64,000 bases of DNA from Fimbriimonadia bacterium (GTDB lineage Bacteria; Armatimonadota; Fimbriimonadia; Fimbriimonadales; JABRVX01), in the NCBI GenBank assembly GCA_041483895.1, contig JBGPGO010000012.1:1-64000 (forward strand). The letters are read 5' to 3'. The position numbers and the translations under genes were made by a program. The first letter of the stretch is position 1, and every line of letters starts with the position of its first letter. The notes under the pieces were generated by a model. That model saw only the letters and a list, made by a program, of their open reading frames with translations, made no database searches and had not been told where the DNA came from. This document shows positions 1 through 9,601 of this stretch, piece after piece.

Positions 1-136
1 AAGGGTGACTAATCTACAGAGCAGCCTCCAAAAGGGGCTTAGCCGCGGGACAGACTCTCCCCCCGCCTTGCCTTACTGAGCCAATCCAGACCCATGTATT
101 TTTCTTTACTGGATCTGATACCCCATAAGATACAAG
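1..136 (-). mobile_element. IS110-family (IS621-like) element left end with bridge-RNA non-coding region; recombinase gene lies outside the window
   Basis: Minus strand starts CT-TGTAT at 136, the core plus right-donor motif I recall for IS621. It is followed by a stem-loop (84-114) and a loop with guide CCCGCGGCT (41-49) matching the flank CCTGCGGCT (135-143) at 8/9, plus CTCTGTAG-ATT (11-21). Confidence 0.8.
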
Positions 137-187
137 CCGCAGGCTCTAGCCTGCGCCGCCCGGACGCAAGCTAAAGCGTGCGGCTAC
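135..187. repeat. GTAG-type REP doublet (family A); first copy interrupted by the IS110
   Basis: (gt)AGCCGCAGGCTCTAGCCTGCG at 135-155 and inverted CGCAAGCTAAAGCGTGCGGCTAC at 165-187, which is the exact reverse complement of 6812-6834. Confidence 0.85.
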
Positions 188-239
188 CAACAGTGGCGGA
201 ACGTTGCCTTGTGAAAGGAACGTAGGATACGATGCAATC

Positions 240-908
240 ATGATCCCGCTGATTTTCGCAACCATGCTCTCAACAACGCCGATCGAGATCGCCTTGGATG
301 GCCGGTTGGACGCAACCACAGCACGCGAGGGCGTAACGATTGAGCTAAAGCGGGAGGACGATGGGCCGCAAAGGCTGACCATTCGAGGCAAATTCGAACA
401 GCCCTTAGTAATCCATCTCTATCCCCGCCTGGTGCCCAGCAAAGTCATGTTCAAGGCCCATGCCGTAAGGCGCGTGATTGGCGATTGGATCGACGCGCCG
501 GATCCGCTTTGGAGGACGGACGGCGATGTGCTGCACCTCGATATTCGGGTCCCCGCCGGCCTCAGCGGCAGCGCGCCGACCTTTGCGCTCATCGGACGAA
601 GCAACGCCGACGATGTCGCGCGCGCCGCGGGCCTGATTCGGTTTGTGGCACGAGTGCGCGATTGGATGAATGGGGTAGGGGATCGGCGGCTTTCAACCGA
701 AGCGGCTAGAGATTTGGGCTCGCTCGCCATGCGGCATGCGGTCAAGATCGACGGAGAAGAGGCGAGCAGCGCCGTCTTCCAGGACCTAGCTGTCGATATA
801 CGGCGGTTTTGCGGCGCAGATGCCATGAAGGGCAGCTCTCCATCTACCCGCATCCGGATCGCGATGGAGCTTCTCGGAGCGATTGGGCATGTGCCGTTAC
901 CGCGCTGA
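240..908 (+). CDS. hypothetical protein, probably exported
   Basis: ORF 204-908. ATG at 240 lies 6 nt after TACGAT and gives a hydrophobic N-terminus. Confidence 0.6.
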   Translation: MIPLIFATMLSTTPIEIALDGRLDATTAREGVTIELKREDDGPQRLTIRGKFEQPLVIHLYPRLVPSKVMFKAHAVRRVIGDWIDAPDPLWRTDGDVLHLDIRVPAGLSGSAPTFALIGRSNADDVARAAGLIRFVARVRDWMNGVGDRRLSTEAARDLGSLAMRHAVKIDGEEASSAVFQDLAVDIRRFCGADAMKGSSPSTRIRIAMELLGAIGHVPLPR

Positions 909-985
909 ATCGAATCGTTGAAAAAGTGGTATACCAGTCAAAAGTGAGCCTATGATGGCTCGATCCAAGAAAACGGAGGATCGCA

Positions 986-1633
986 ATGAAATCTTCACAT
1001 ATTTTGCGTGGCCATCTCATCGCACTGGCATTCGTCGGATTGATGCTGGCCCCCGGTCAGACCTTCGCCCAAGCAAAGAAGCCGTTCACCGCGGGGGGAG
1101 TTTGGGTTGAGGGCTGCAGCTGTGCCCCGCCTTGCGCTTGCGAGATGATCGGCCCGAATATGGAGTGCCAAGGCGTCGGGTTTATGGACTTCAAGAGCGG
1201 CAAGTACATGGGGACCAGTCTGGCCGGAGCGAAAATGGCCTACGGCGTCGGCGTGGGCAAATGGGTACGAATCTACATCGACGCCAAGAGCCCGAAGCAA
1301 TATAATGCCGTAAAGGCCCTCTCCACGTCAGTTTTCAAGGGCTTTGGGCCGCTGGAAGGCGTTCGCAAGGCCAAGATTAGCGTAACCGGCTCCAAAGGGA
1401 AATACACTTGCACAGCCGACGGCGGCTCCCTGATGGCGCTGACGACCAAGCCTGTTATCGGAGGAGACAAGAAGACTCCGCTGGTCTATAGCAACATCAA
1501 TAATCCCCTGCACTCCACGGTGATGCAAGGGAAGGTCGTCGGATGCAGCTTCAAGGATGGGGAGCATGAGTTCGACCTTAAGGATACGAACGCATTCTTC
1601 AACCCAGCCGCGAAGGGCAACGGCAAGATCTAA
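986..1633 (+). CDS. DUF1326-family exported protein
   Basis: GGAGG RBS, signal peptide, CSCxxxCxC motif followed by CQG. Confidence 0.75.
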   Translation: MKSSHILRGHLIALAFVGLMLAPGQTFAQAKKPFTAGGVWVEGCSCAPPCACEMIGPNMECQGVGFMDFKSGKYMGTSLAGAKMAYGVGVGKWVRIYIDAKSPKQYNAVKALSTSVFKGFGPLEGVRKAKISVTGSKGKYTCTADGGSLMALTTKPVIGGDKKTPLVYSNINNPLHSTVMQGKVVGCSFKDGEHEFDLKDTNAFFNPAAKGNGKI

Positions 1634-1651
1634 TCGACTCGCAAATATTAC

Positions 1652-1681
1652 GATGCGCCTTCGGTTTTCCGAAGGCGCATC
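1652..1681. terminator. hairpin terminator between convergent genes
   Basis: GATGCGCCTTCGG-TTTT-CCGAAGGCGCATC, perfect 13-bp stem. Confidence 0.75.
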
Positions 1682-1701
1682 ATTTTGTATTCTTATCGAA
1701 A

Positions 1702-2367
1702 CTAGCGGCGGACTTTGCGTCGCAAGAGCCCACCGAATCCAACCAAAAAGGCCGCGACAATACCCGGCTCGGGAACCGGATTAACCAGATCTTGGCTCGG
1801 TTGGTTGCCCGGATCCGAAGGATTGAGCTGATAGTAGTTTGCGACGCTAGAGCCGACGTCGGTGAATAGTGTGCTGGCGTACGACAAATCGGCTGCCGAC
1901 AACGCTGTAGTGTCCAGGTTCAACGCTTGGAAGCTTCCTGCAGTTAGATCGAGGGACGAACTGGTTTCATACAACAACTCCCACATCACCAACTGAAGAA
2001 TCCGGGCCTGTGCATTTGTGCCGGACGAGTTGATGCCTGGCGCATATTTGTTGGTGAGGTAGCCAATCTCCGGACCACTGGGTGACAACGAATTGGTGCC
2101 AAGAAGGCTGACATCCCAACAGTTTCCCGTCAGGTCCATGTCATCGACTACATTGACACAGTAGGTGTAAAATGATCCGGATACGATATCGCATCGCTCG
2201 ACATTGAGTTCGCCGGCAAACCATTCTGCGTAAGTTCCACCGCTGTTGAGACTCACCTGGGCTTTTATTCCTTTCCCAGTACCAAGGTAGTGCAACTGTG
2301 GCGGGCCGGCGTAGGCTGCTCCGGCAAGGATTCCAAACCCCAACAGAATTCCATATTTTGCTCTCAA
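1702..2367 (-). CDS. PEP-CTERM surface protein, possible Cys-Gln thioester domain
   Basis: C-terminal VPEP, TM segment and RRKVRR; signal peptide from TTG 2367; YCV and QLVMW motifs. Confidence 0.85.
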   Translation of the reverse strand: MRAKYGILLGFGILAGAAYAGPPQLHYLGTGKGIKAQVSLNSGGTYAEWFAGELNVERCDIVSGSFYTYCVNVVDDMDLTGNCWDVSLLGTNSLSPSGPEIGYLTNKYAPGINSSGTNAQARILQLVMWELLYETSSSLDLTAGSFQALNLDTTALSAADLSYASTLFTDVGSSVANYYQLNPSDPGNQPSQDLVNPVPEPGIVAAFLVGFGGLLRRKVRR

Positions 2368-2583
2368 TTTATGACCCCAAAATAAGTGTCCACTCAGGGA
2401 GTCAAAGCAACGCAACACACAGGATCGTCTATCTCAGGTGAAAAGCAAGTCAAGGAAGCGGCCGGGCAGAGGCTGCAGCAATGCGATGCGGCACACGAGC
2501 ATTATATACCTGGAAGCGGCAACCGGCCACTTTCTCCCGGCAATTCTTACGATTAACCCGTATTTATGCGTGGCGTCGATTCG

Positions 2584-3201
2584 TCAGAGGTCGCGAACGA
2601 ACATGAGCCGAATGGGAACGCCGATCACAAGATGGTCGCCGAGCGGTATGTCCGGAAAGTGTTGGTTGAGGCTTCGCAGGACTGGGCCGACGGGAGTATC
2701 GTGCCAGATTTTTACCATCGACGCCCCATCGATCTCGACCACTACCGGATGTTCGTTCAGAATTCGATCGGTCTTTTTGACCGCGACCAATGCGCCGTGC
2801 GGATAGTCCGGCTCCATCGATTTTCCCTGAATTTTCAGAAAGAAGTCGGCGTCGCGGGAGAATGCCGCCGGCACGGTCGTTACGACAGGCTCGCGGTCCG
2901 GCTCACCGGCGCCCGCCAGGATTCCGCCGAGCACGGTGATTTCTTGGAAATCTTCTTGCGGAGCGGCAAGATCGGCGAGTTGGTCGTAGCCCGCGAATCG
3001 CAACCATTGAACCGGCGACTCTTTGAGCGCCGCAGCGATGCGCACGATGACCTCCGGTGACGGAATCTGCCCTAGCATCCAGCTCGACACGTAGGAATGA
3101 TTCACTTTGGCCAGCATTGCCAGCTTGCGCTGGGACAGGCCGTACTGGGCCATCGCGCGACTAATCTCTTGGCGAAAAGTGAGAGTTGGATCGTCAACCA
3201 T
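2584..3201 (-). CDS. XRE-HTH / S24 peptidase repressor (LexA/CI-like)
   Basis: N-terminal HTH (LSQRKLA...VNHSYVS), Ala-Gly site (ILAG), catalytic GKSM and VK. Confidence 0.88.
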   Translation of the reverse strand: MVDDPTLTFRQEISRAMAQYGLSQRKLAMLAKVNHSYVSSWMLGQIPSPEVIVRIAAALKESPVQWLRFAGYDQLADLAAPQEDFQEITVLGGILAGAGEPDREPVVTTVPAAFSRDADFFLKIQGKSMEPDYPHGALVAVKKTDRILNEHPVVVEIDGASMVKIWHDTPVGPVLRSLNQHFPDIPLGDHLVIGVPIRLMFVRDL

Positions 3202-3204
3202 CGA

Positions 3205-3243
3205 ATGTAACAATATCCGCAAGCGGTGCGGATATTGTTACAT
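3205..3243. promoter_or_regulatory. perfect 17-bp inverted repeat abutting the repressor start (operator or terminator)
   Basis: ATGTAACAATATCCGCA-agcgg-TGCGGATATTGTTACAT. Confidence 0.6.
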
Positions 3244-3260
3244 GAATTTGGGTTTTGGGG

Positions 3261-4694
3261 TTAGTCTAGTCCGCGAACCGTTGCGGCGGCCTTGATCAGG
3301 TCTTCTTTCGCGACACCGGCGGATCCGATGGCGTACCAGATGAGGCCCGACTTCCAGACCAGCACGTCGCCGGCGGTGTCGGAATGGTAGTACGAAAACT
3401 TCCGGCCGTTGCCATCGATGGTCTCCGGATCGCCGAACGTCGCTTTTGGGGCCAGGGCGTTGGTCGGATCGGATGTATTCGACTGGTAGAACACCATGGA
3501 GCTGCCCGATTTGGGATCGATGAACTCGCTGATCAGAGCGCCGGATGCGCCTGTTCGCGCTTGGCCCGCCATTCCCAATATCCGCCCGATCACGTCGTCA
3601 TTCAGCCATTGACCGCTTTGTAGCTGTTTGATCTGGTTTATGGTCAGCGGGTGAGGAGTAAGCTTGATCCCATCGGGGCCCTGAAATTCAAGGTGCTGAC
3701 CGTCGTCGGTATCGAATGCTATTTTGAGCTCAATCGCGCCCGTCCCTTCCGCGACAGGCAGGTCGTCGGTTGTGGCGGTAACGAATACGATATCGTGCTC
3801 ACCGTCGCCGGATTTGGCCGTGAAGACTCTTGCCTGACCGGGAGGAATGGGGCCGCCGGCGCCATTCGACGCGCCTCCGCCCAAGTTTGATCGGAATATG
3901 GTTCGAAAGTCGCTGTTCGCGTGCTGCAGACCCGCCGGGGGATCGATACGGCTGATCCAGGCCCGCTTATCTTTGTCCTTTTCCTCGATTCCCTTCATCG
4001 CGGCCTGATACGCCGTGGCGTCTTCCAGCTTCGTCAGGTTCTCCACCGCTTGGGTCGAGACCGGGCCGTTGATGTGGAGGGTGCCTAGCGGCAGTTCAAA
4101 ATTCGCGGCTAGGGTGGGCGGATTGAAGGCGACTTCCGTGGTAGCGCGTTCGTAGACCACCTTGCCCGCCTCGATCCGTTGGTACTTCAGGACGAGGCCG
4201 GTTTTGGTGTCGATCCACTGCTTCTCTTGATGGACGTCGCTCTTTGGGTTTGTGGTGGTGAGGACGTAGCAGTCCCGGCCGGCCACTTTTTCCTGCCCTT
4301 CCAGCTTCGCGGGCTTCTTGAGCTCCTTTTCCAGAAGCTCTTTGGGGGCGGCGAAAAGGTCTCGCTTGATTCTTGTCGGGTAGGTCGCGGCGACGCGGTC
4401 CACTCCGGACGGATCGAGGATTCGGAGCGCCGCCTTGAGATCCGGGACGTAGAGAAAGGCGTTCTTGGCGGTGGCGATTTCCACGTGCGGCAGTTTGGCC
4501 AGCGCACCAAACACCGGGTAGGCGCCCTCGATCCGGGAACTGCTGCCCTGACGCAAGACCGTGTAGGTCTTTGAATTCGTAAGGGTGCCTGTTTCGTGAA
4601 TGGACATCCGGACAGTGCCGAAGCCGTCCCAATTCGATTGCGCATGCCCGAGGCTCGCGATGAGAGCGCTGACGCAGATGAGGCTGATTTTCAT
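3261..4694 (-). CDS. exported LolA/RseB-like-fold protein
   Basis: Signal peptide; GQEKVAGRDCYVL...WIDTKTGLVLK motif. Confidence 0.65.
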   Translation of the reverse strand: MKISLICVSALIASLGHAQSNWDGFGTVRMSIHETGTLTNSKTYTVLRQGSSSRIEGAYPVFGALAKLPHVEIATAKNAFLYVPDLKAALRILDPSGVDRVAATYPTRIKRDLFAAPKELLEKELKKPAKLEGQEKVAGRDCYVLTTTNPKSDVHQEKQWIDTKTGLVLKYQRIEAGKVVYERATTEVAFNPPTLAANFELPLGTLHINGPVSTQAVENLTKLEDATAYQAAMKGIEEKDKDKRAWISRIDPPAGLQHANSDFRTIFRSNLGGGASNGAGGPIPPGQARVFTAKSGDGEHDIVFVTATTDDLPVAEGTGAIELKIAFDTDDGQHLEFQGPDGIKLTPHPLTINQIKQLQSGQWLNDDVIGRILGMAGQARTGASGALISEFIDPKSGSSMVFYQSNTSDPTNALAPKATFGDPETIDGNGRKFSYYHSDTAGDVLVWKSGLIWYAIGSAGVAKEDLIKAAATVRGLD

Positions 4695-4758
4695 GCCCGT
4701 CCTCCTATTGCCGCCTATGGAGTGAAGTACGTGGCTCATTGTACACTGGGTTCCGGGT

Positions 4759-5799
4759 TTACGGTTCGTCTGTGCCTGCGGAACGGAGCAGCGTTTCGGC
4801 CTCCGGTTCCTGCGAGGGCGTCCGTAGCAACGTGTCGCGGTCCTGATCGCCTTTTATTGCGGCTCTCAGCAGGCGCGCGTTTTCATTGGCCGTCGAGCAT
4901 CTTCGTTCGATCTCTACAATGCAGGGCCTCACGGCAGCTCTTACCTCGGATGGTGGCTCATAGTGCTTCCAAATGAGGCTCTGCCTGCCGACCAGGGCGC
5001 GGAGGATTGGGATAGCCGGTTGATAGTCCGTCATGGCTAGAATTCTGATGGCGGTACGGATTGCCCGCCAACTTGGCATAGGCCCCCAATCGGCCGGGCG
5101 CAAGAGGTTCGCGATAGCAGTCCTGTCTTGGCCAGTAAGCTGATCGCACTCTTCGGCACTGATACTGTCGCCGATCTCGAAGAACTTTTTTTCGGCTTCC
5201 GATCGCGGTTCGAATTCTAAGGCGTAGCGGGCGAGGAGTCCCAATGATTCGGGTCCGCACTGCGAGAACAGTAGGTTTGTTGCCATTTGCCGCCGTCGCC
5301 GCGGTACTATGTAAGTAATGTTCGCTACGATCAGAAACGGGACGACAATCACTATGAACCAAAAAGGGGTGAAGTTCACCATCCATTCTGGGAAAGTCGG
5401 CAGTGTTGTCAGCGCTTTAATTCCGGCGCACAACAGAAGGCCTAAGAGAATGAGCATCAAAAACAGGATTCTCGGCCTCTGATTTTCGCGAACGATGTCC
5501 ATGAGTACAGTCTTCCACTCCGGTTTTGCCGTTTTGCCAAGGTCGGCCGCAACCTCAACCTGCTCACCGGCATCCAGTTTGGCAAATCCATCGATGAGCT
5601 GGAGAAATCTGTCACGGTTGGGTTCGTACTGACCTTCGTAATGCACGGCGTTGCAGTTGACGCAGATCCATCGATCCCGCTCCCATTCCGGCGACCAGGC
5701 CATCCTTTGGCCGCACTTCGGGCACGTTCTGTGGAGGGACTTGGCATGACCGGGGACAACCACAGTTGGAACGCCAGGAAACAGGAATCGACGCTTCAT
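4759..5799 (-). CDS. Zn-ribbon, two-TM, HEAT-like membrane protein (paralog 2)
   Basis: CxxC...CxxC, two TM helices, repeated LLR tail. Confidence 0.7.
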   Translation of the reverse strand: MKRRFLFPGVPTVVVPGHAKSLHRTCPKCGQRMAWSPEWERDRWICVNCNAVHYEGQYEPNRDRFLQLIDGFAKLDAGEQVEVAADLGKTAKPEWKTVLMDIVRENQRPRILFLMLILLGLLLCAGIKALTTLPTFPEWMVNFTPFWFIVIVVPFLIVANITYIVPRRRRQMATNLLFSQCGPESLGLLARYALEFEPRSEAEKKFFEIGDSISAEECDQLTGQDRTAIANLLRPADWGPMPSWRAIRTAIRILAMTDYQPAIPILRALVGRQSLIWKHYEPPSEVRAAVRPCIVEIERRCSTANENARLLRAAIKGDQDRDTLLRTPSQEPEAETLLRSAGTDEP

Positions 5800-6782
5800 G
5801 GCTGGTCTTCACGGACGAATGGTTCCACTTGGTTTGTGGCTACCGCTCGCAAGAGATTCTGCTCATCGGAATCTTCCGTTGCCACGCGAAGGAGCGAATC
5901 GTGGTCCTGCTCGCCTTCCGTTGCTGCGCGGAGGAGGCGGGAGTTCTCGTCGGTGATCGTTCTTCGCCGAGTGATTTCCGCAATCGCGTGCTTCGCCGCC
6001 TCCCGGATGGAATCCGGCGACCGAGAGCGCTTCCATAGCGGATTCCAACTGCCGATGAGCAACCGAAGCGCGGGAATGGCCTCGGCATAATCTGTTTGCG
6101 AGAGCAGACGCATGGCTTCGGCCACCGCAGACCAATTCGGCCTGCCTCCCCAGTTTTCGGAAGGGAGCAAGCTGGCGATTGCCTTCCGATCTTCGCGGGG
6201 AAGGTTCGAGATTTCCTGCGGCGTCAGTCTTTTGGCAACCTGGATGAATCGGTCCGGTGCGTCGTCGCGCGTCCCGTATTTCACGATGAAGCGGGCGACC
6301 ATTCCAAGGGAAGTTGTGCTCGGATTGGCCAGGAGGAGACTTCTACCGAGTTTCGCTTTGCGACCCGCCTCGGCAGTGATTCGGTCGACGAGTATGGGAC
6401 CGATCATCAGCGGGAGGAACCAGAAAATGACTTTCCACCATCCGTCCGCCAGCTGCAAGCCAAATATGAAGAACACGGCGAATATCGATATCAGGAATCC
6501 GTATCCGACAAGCCCTTGCTCCACTCGATGCCAAGCGGCAGCCTGTAGGGCCGCGATCTGCCATGGTTCTGTGCCGGCATTGCTCAATCTGGCGACGATT
6601 GCGGCCTGGTCCACACTCGGGAGGCTCCGGATGCCGTGGATCAACCGTTCAGCACGCTCTTTCGACGGTGGAAACGCGGCGCTCTCAATGATGTGGCCGC
6701 ATTGTTGGCACGTCCATCGATCGCGATCCCATTCCGGGTACCAGGTCAACCCGGCGCCGCACTGTTCGCAAGTCCGGTGCAT
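5796..6782 (-). CDS. Zn-ribbon, two-TM, HEAT-like membrane protein (paralog 1)
   Basis: Same architecture as 4759-5799, with ATGA overlap; start could be 6782 or 6791. Confidence 0.7.
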   Translation of the reverse strand: MHRTCEQCGAGLTWYPEWDRDRWTCQQCGHIIESAAFPPSKERAERLIHGIRSLPSVDQAAIVARLSNAGTEPWQIAALQAAAWHRVEQGLVGYGFLISIFAVFFIFGLQLADGWWKVIFWFLPLMIGPILVDRITAEAGRKAKLGRSLLLANPSTTSLGMVARFIVKYGTRDDAPDRFIQVAKRLTPQEISNLPREDRKAIASLLPSENWGGRPNWSAVAEAMRLLSQTDYAEAIPALRLLIGSWNPLWKRSRSPDSIREAAKHAIAEITRRRTITDENSRLLRAATEGEQDHDSLLRVATEDSDEQNLLRAVATNQVEPFVREDQP

Positions 6783-6811
6783 AGGTTTCATTATCTCACG
6801 ATTTTCCTCTG

Positions 6812-6992
6812 GTAGCCGCACGCTTTAGCTTGCGCCCGTCGGCACAGGGTCTGCGATCACCGCGGGCCTTGGGAAATGCAAGGAGTGACCGTTTGCTACA
6901 CGGACCCGCGGCCACAGGCCGGACAAGGCGGCGCAAGCTGAAGCTTGCGGCTATCGGAGCGAGCATTTGCGCAAGCTGAAGCTTGCGGCTAC
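6812..6992. repeat. BIME-like cluster of GTAG REPs (family A)
   Basis: Copies at 6812-6834 (+), 6932-6954 and 6970-6992 (-); GACCCGCGGCCAC family-B-like remnant near 6903. Confidence 0.85.
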
Positions 6993-7033
6993 CGGGGGAT
7001 AGCAATATCGGGAATCGGCTACACTTTCCGGCA

Positions 7034-8683
7034 GTGCAAGAGAAAACGACAGTTTCGTTCTGGAAATCGCCCAGGGGCTATGCGCTTGCATGGGCCCTGT
7101 TTACGTTCGTTTTCCTGCTGCTTACCAGCCACTACAACCAGTTGCTCCGCTACGAGCACTATTGGTATCTGCTAAAGGCCTTTGAGATCACGAATGGGAA
7201 CTTCGAGGCCATGCCGTCGCACTCCATCGGCTGGCCGGCGATTCTGGCCGTGTTCTTCAAGCTGTTCGGGATCGGCAATGTGTTCGCCGGCATGGTGGTC
7301 GCCCGCATCGTCGGCAGCCTCTTTCTGGCTCTGTGCGTTCTGCCCTTTGCCAAGCTCGCCTTTCGAGTCCTGGAGGAGCCCGCGGCCAAATTGGCAGTCA
7401 TCGGTTTTGCGCTCTTTGGGCCGTTGCTGCAGCTGGGCTCTTCTGAGGCAGGTACGGAAGCTCCGTTCTTTTTCGCCCAACTGCTGTTCCTCGTCTTACT
7501 TACCGCCCCCGCCAACCCCTCGACAGGGGCTGAGCGGAGCGAATCTTCCGCGCCGCTGGGACTCCGTGCGTTTGCGCGTCCTATCTGGGCCGCCGGGATT
7601 GCCGCGTTGGCCTGGTATGTCCGCCCGAATGGATTGATACTCGGCGCCTTCCTATTAATCGCGCTACTTTGGCGGCGATCCGGGTGGAAGCCGCTTGCGC
7701 TCTGCGCGGCAACGTTCCTGGTTGTTAGCGGACCCCTTATCTACTCCCGGCAGAAGGCGTTTGGGTCGTTCATGGAATACGGTGTCAACTCCAAGTTCCT
7801 GGCGGACAACCACGGAATGGCGCAGGCGTACAACGTTCCGGTTCCGGGAATCGTGGAATATCTGAAAACGCATTCGCCGAAAGATTGGGTACGAAAATTC
7901 GGAAAGGAAGGGGAGTATCGGGCGCTGAAATACGTGCGCCGGGACCTGCTTGGCGACATTTGGCTCATTCCGGTCTTTCTTGGATTGGTTCTCTATGTTT
8001 TTTTCGAGCGCAAACCGTATTTCGGCATGATGCTGGGATTGGCGGGATTGTGGCTGGCCAGTTTCGCACTGACGTTTTCGATCTTCGAATCCGCGCGATA
8101 CGTTCTGGTGCTGGCGTCTATGGTCGTCATCTTCGGCACGGACCTGATTCACCAGTTCGCAAAACGATATGAAAAGGCCCACATTTTGCGGCTGGCTTTC
8201 GTTGTCCTTCTTCTGCCGCAACCTGTTTTGGAGTTGGTGCGCGCCGCGAAGGATCGGGAACGATTCGCAATGCCCTATGTGAAAGACGAGTGGGCGCATT
8301 GGGCGACTGAACAGGGGGGAATGATCGCCCTTGACCACGATTTTGAGCTGATCCACATGTGCTATTCGCCGTCGGTTTTGGACCTTGCGCATGGAGTCTC
8401 CCAGGTTAACGCTCGCGACCCGGACCATCAGTTGAAGCTGGTCGAGAAGCAGGGAATCGGGCTTTTCAAGCCGGGACTGTATGGCTCGGTCGAGGAGCTG
8501 CTTGCGGATTTGAAGAAGTGGCGCGTGAAGTACCTGCTGCTGGATGATGATTACGTTGCGACGCATCCGTTTTGGCAGCAGATTAAAGATGGCAAGAACT
8601 TCTGGAAGGTCAAGGAGTTCGGCGCCGGGGATGATTGGGCCGTGCCGGGCATGGTGGCTTATGCCGTTGTTTACGGCAAGTAG
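7034..8683 (+). CDS. GT-C fold (ArnT/PMT-like) membrane glycosyltransferase
   Basis: Many TM helices; GWP, TE-P, RPNG and RY motifs; GTG start 8 nt after TACACT. Confidence 0.7.
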   Translation: MQEKTTVSFWKSPRGYALAWALFTFVFLLLTSHYNQLLRYEHYWYLLKAFEITNGNFEAMPSHSIGWPAILAVFFKLFGIGNVFAGMVVARIVGSLFLALCVLPFAKLAFRVLEEPAAKLAVIGFALFGPLLQLGSSEAGTEAPFFFAQLLFLVLLTAPANPSTGAERSESSAPLGLRAFARPIWAAGIAALAWYVRPNGLILGAFLLIALLWRRSGWKPLALCAATFLVVSGPLIYSRQKAFGSFMEYGVNSKFLADNHGMAQAYNVPVPGIVEYLKTHSPKDWVRKFGKEGEYRALKYVRRDLLGDIWLIPVFLGLVLYVFFERKPYFGMMLGLAGLWLASFALTFSIFESARYVLVLASMVVIFGTDLIHQFAKRYEKAHILRLAFVVLLLPQPVLELVRAAKDRERFAMPYVKDEWAHWATEQGGMIALDHDFELIHMCYSPSVLDLAHGVSQVNARDPDHQLKLVEKQGIGLFKPGLYGSVEELLADLKKWRVKYLLLDDDYVATHPFWQQIKDGKNFWKVKEFGAGDDWAVPGMVAYAVVYGK

Positions 8684-8689
8684 CTTGGG

Positions 8690-9601
8690 CTAAGCGGCAA
8701 TCATCTCCGCGGCGAACGCGCTTGCTTCCAGTTCCGCCTCATCTTCATCGTTTCCGTCCGAATCAATGAACGCTTGGCGCTTGCCATGCAGCAGGAGGTG
8801 GCCCGCCTCGTGGAATAGCGCAAGCCAAAAACGCCGATTCGAGACGATGTTCGAATTCAGCTGGATGAGGGCTTTTTGAGGCGTCAACCATCGTGCGGAT
8901 CCGTACATGCCGCTTCGTCGGACGACAGGTACCATCACCAACGCAACTCCAGCAGCGGCAAAAACAGATTGCAATCTGTCGTAGCACTCACTAGGCGAAT
9001 GGGCCAGGAGCTTGCGCGCCTTTAGAATGGCATTGCGAAACGCGCCCGAGTCATAATCGGCGCATTCGATCTCGCGCGCCTGTAGTTCTCCTTGTCTCAG
9101 CCAGACCGCAACCGAATATGGATCGTCAACGAATTCCTTGGATAGGAGAAATTGCCCGCCCTGACCGAACCACAAATCTTCCCATTCTCCTGGGGAATTG
9201 ACCCCGAAGTAGCAGAGGCATTCACGCATCAATTCGACGCCGGCTGATTGCGGGATCCAGCCGCGCTTGATCATTAATCTCGCCGGCAGATTATCGATCC
9301 ACGCGATATCCCGCTGAAGATTCTGTTCATCTTTCCGCCTTACAAGCCAGTCGCGATAGTTTGCCTCAAGGCGATTCCAAAATCCGGCAGCAACATTGAG
9401 GACCCGCTCGAGTTGGAAGGCCGTCTCGGGAGTTATGGCCGCACGGCCCTTCACGATTTCATTGATCGTCTTCACCGGCCGTCCCATTCGCCTTGCCAAC
9501 TCCGATTGGGTCATACCGAGCGCGTCGAGCGTTTCCTGCAAAGTAACTCCCGGCCGCGTGATGCTCGTTGGATTGTAGCGAAGCGAATTGCTGTTAGCCA
9601 T
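8690..9601 (-). CDS. higA: HigA-family antitoxin fused to ImmA/IrrE metallopeptidase
   Basis: PGxTL...MTQSELARRMG HTH; HEAGH and downstream E-ASAFA. Confidence 0.88.
   Translation of the reverse strand: MANSNSLRYNPTSITRPGVTLQETLDALGMTQSELARRMGRPVKTINEIVKGRAAITPETAFQLERVLNVAAGFWNRLEANYRDWLVRRKDEQNLQRDIAWIDNLPARLMIKRGWIPQSAGVELMRECLCYFGVNSPGEWEDLWFGQGGQFLLSKEFVDDPYSVAVWLRQGELQAREIECADYDSGAFRNAILKARKLLAHSPSECYDRLQSVFAAAGVALVMVPVVRRSGMYGSARWLTPQKALIQLNSNIVSNRRFWLALFHEAGHLLLHGKRQAFIDSDGNDEDEAELEASAFAAEMIAA

Noticed and set aside
2584..6821. Prophage suggested by the CI-like repressor
   Set aside because: No integrase, divergent cro, replication or structural genes.
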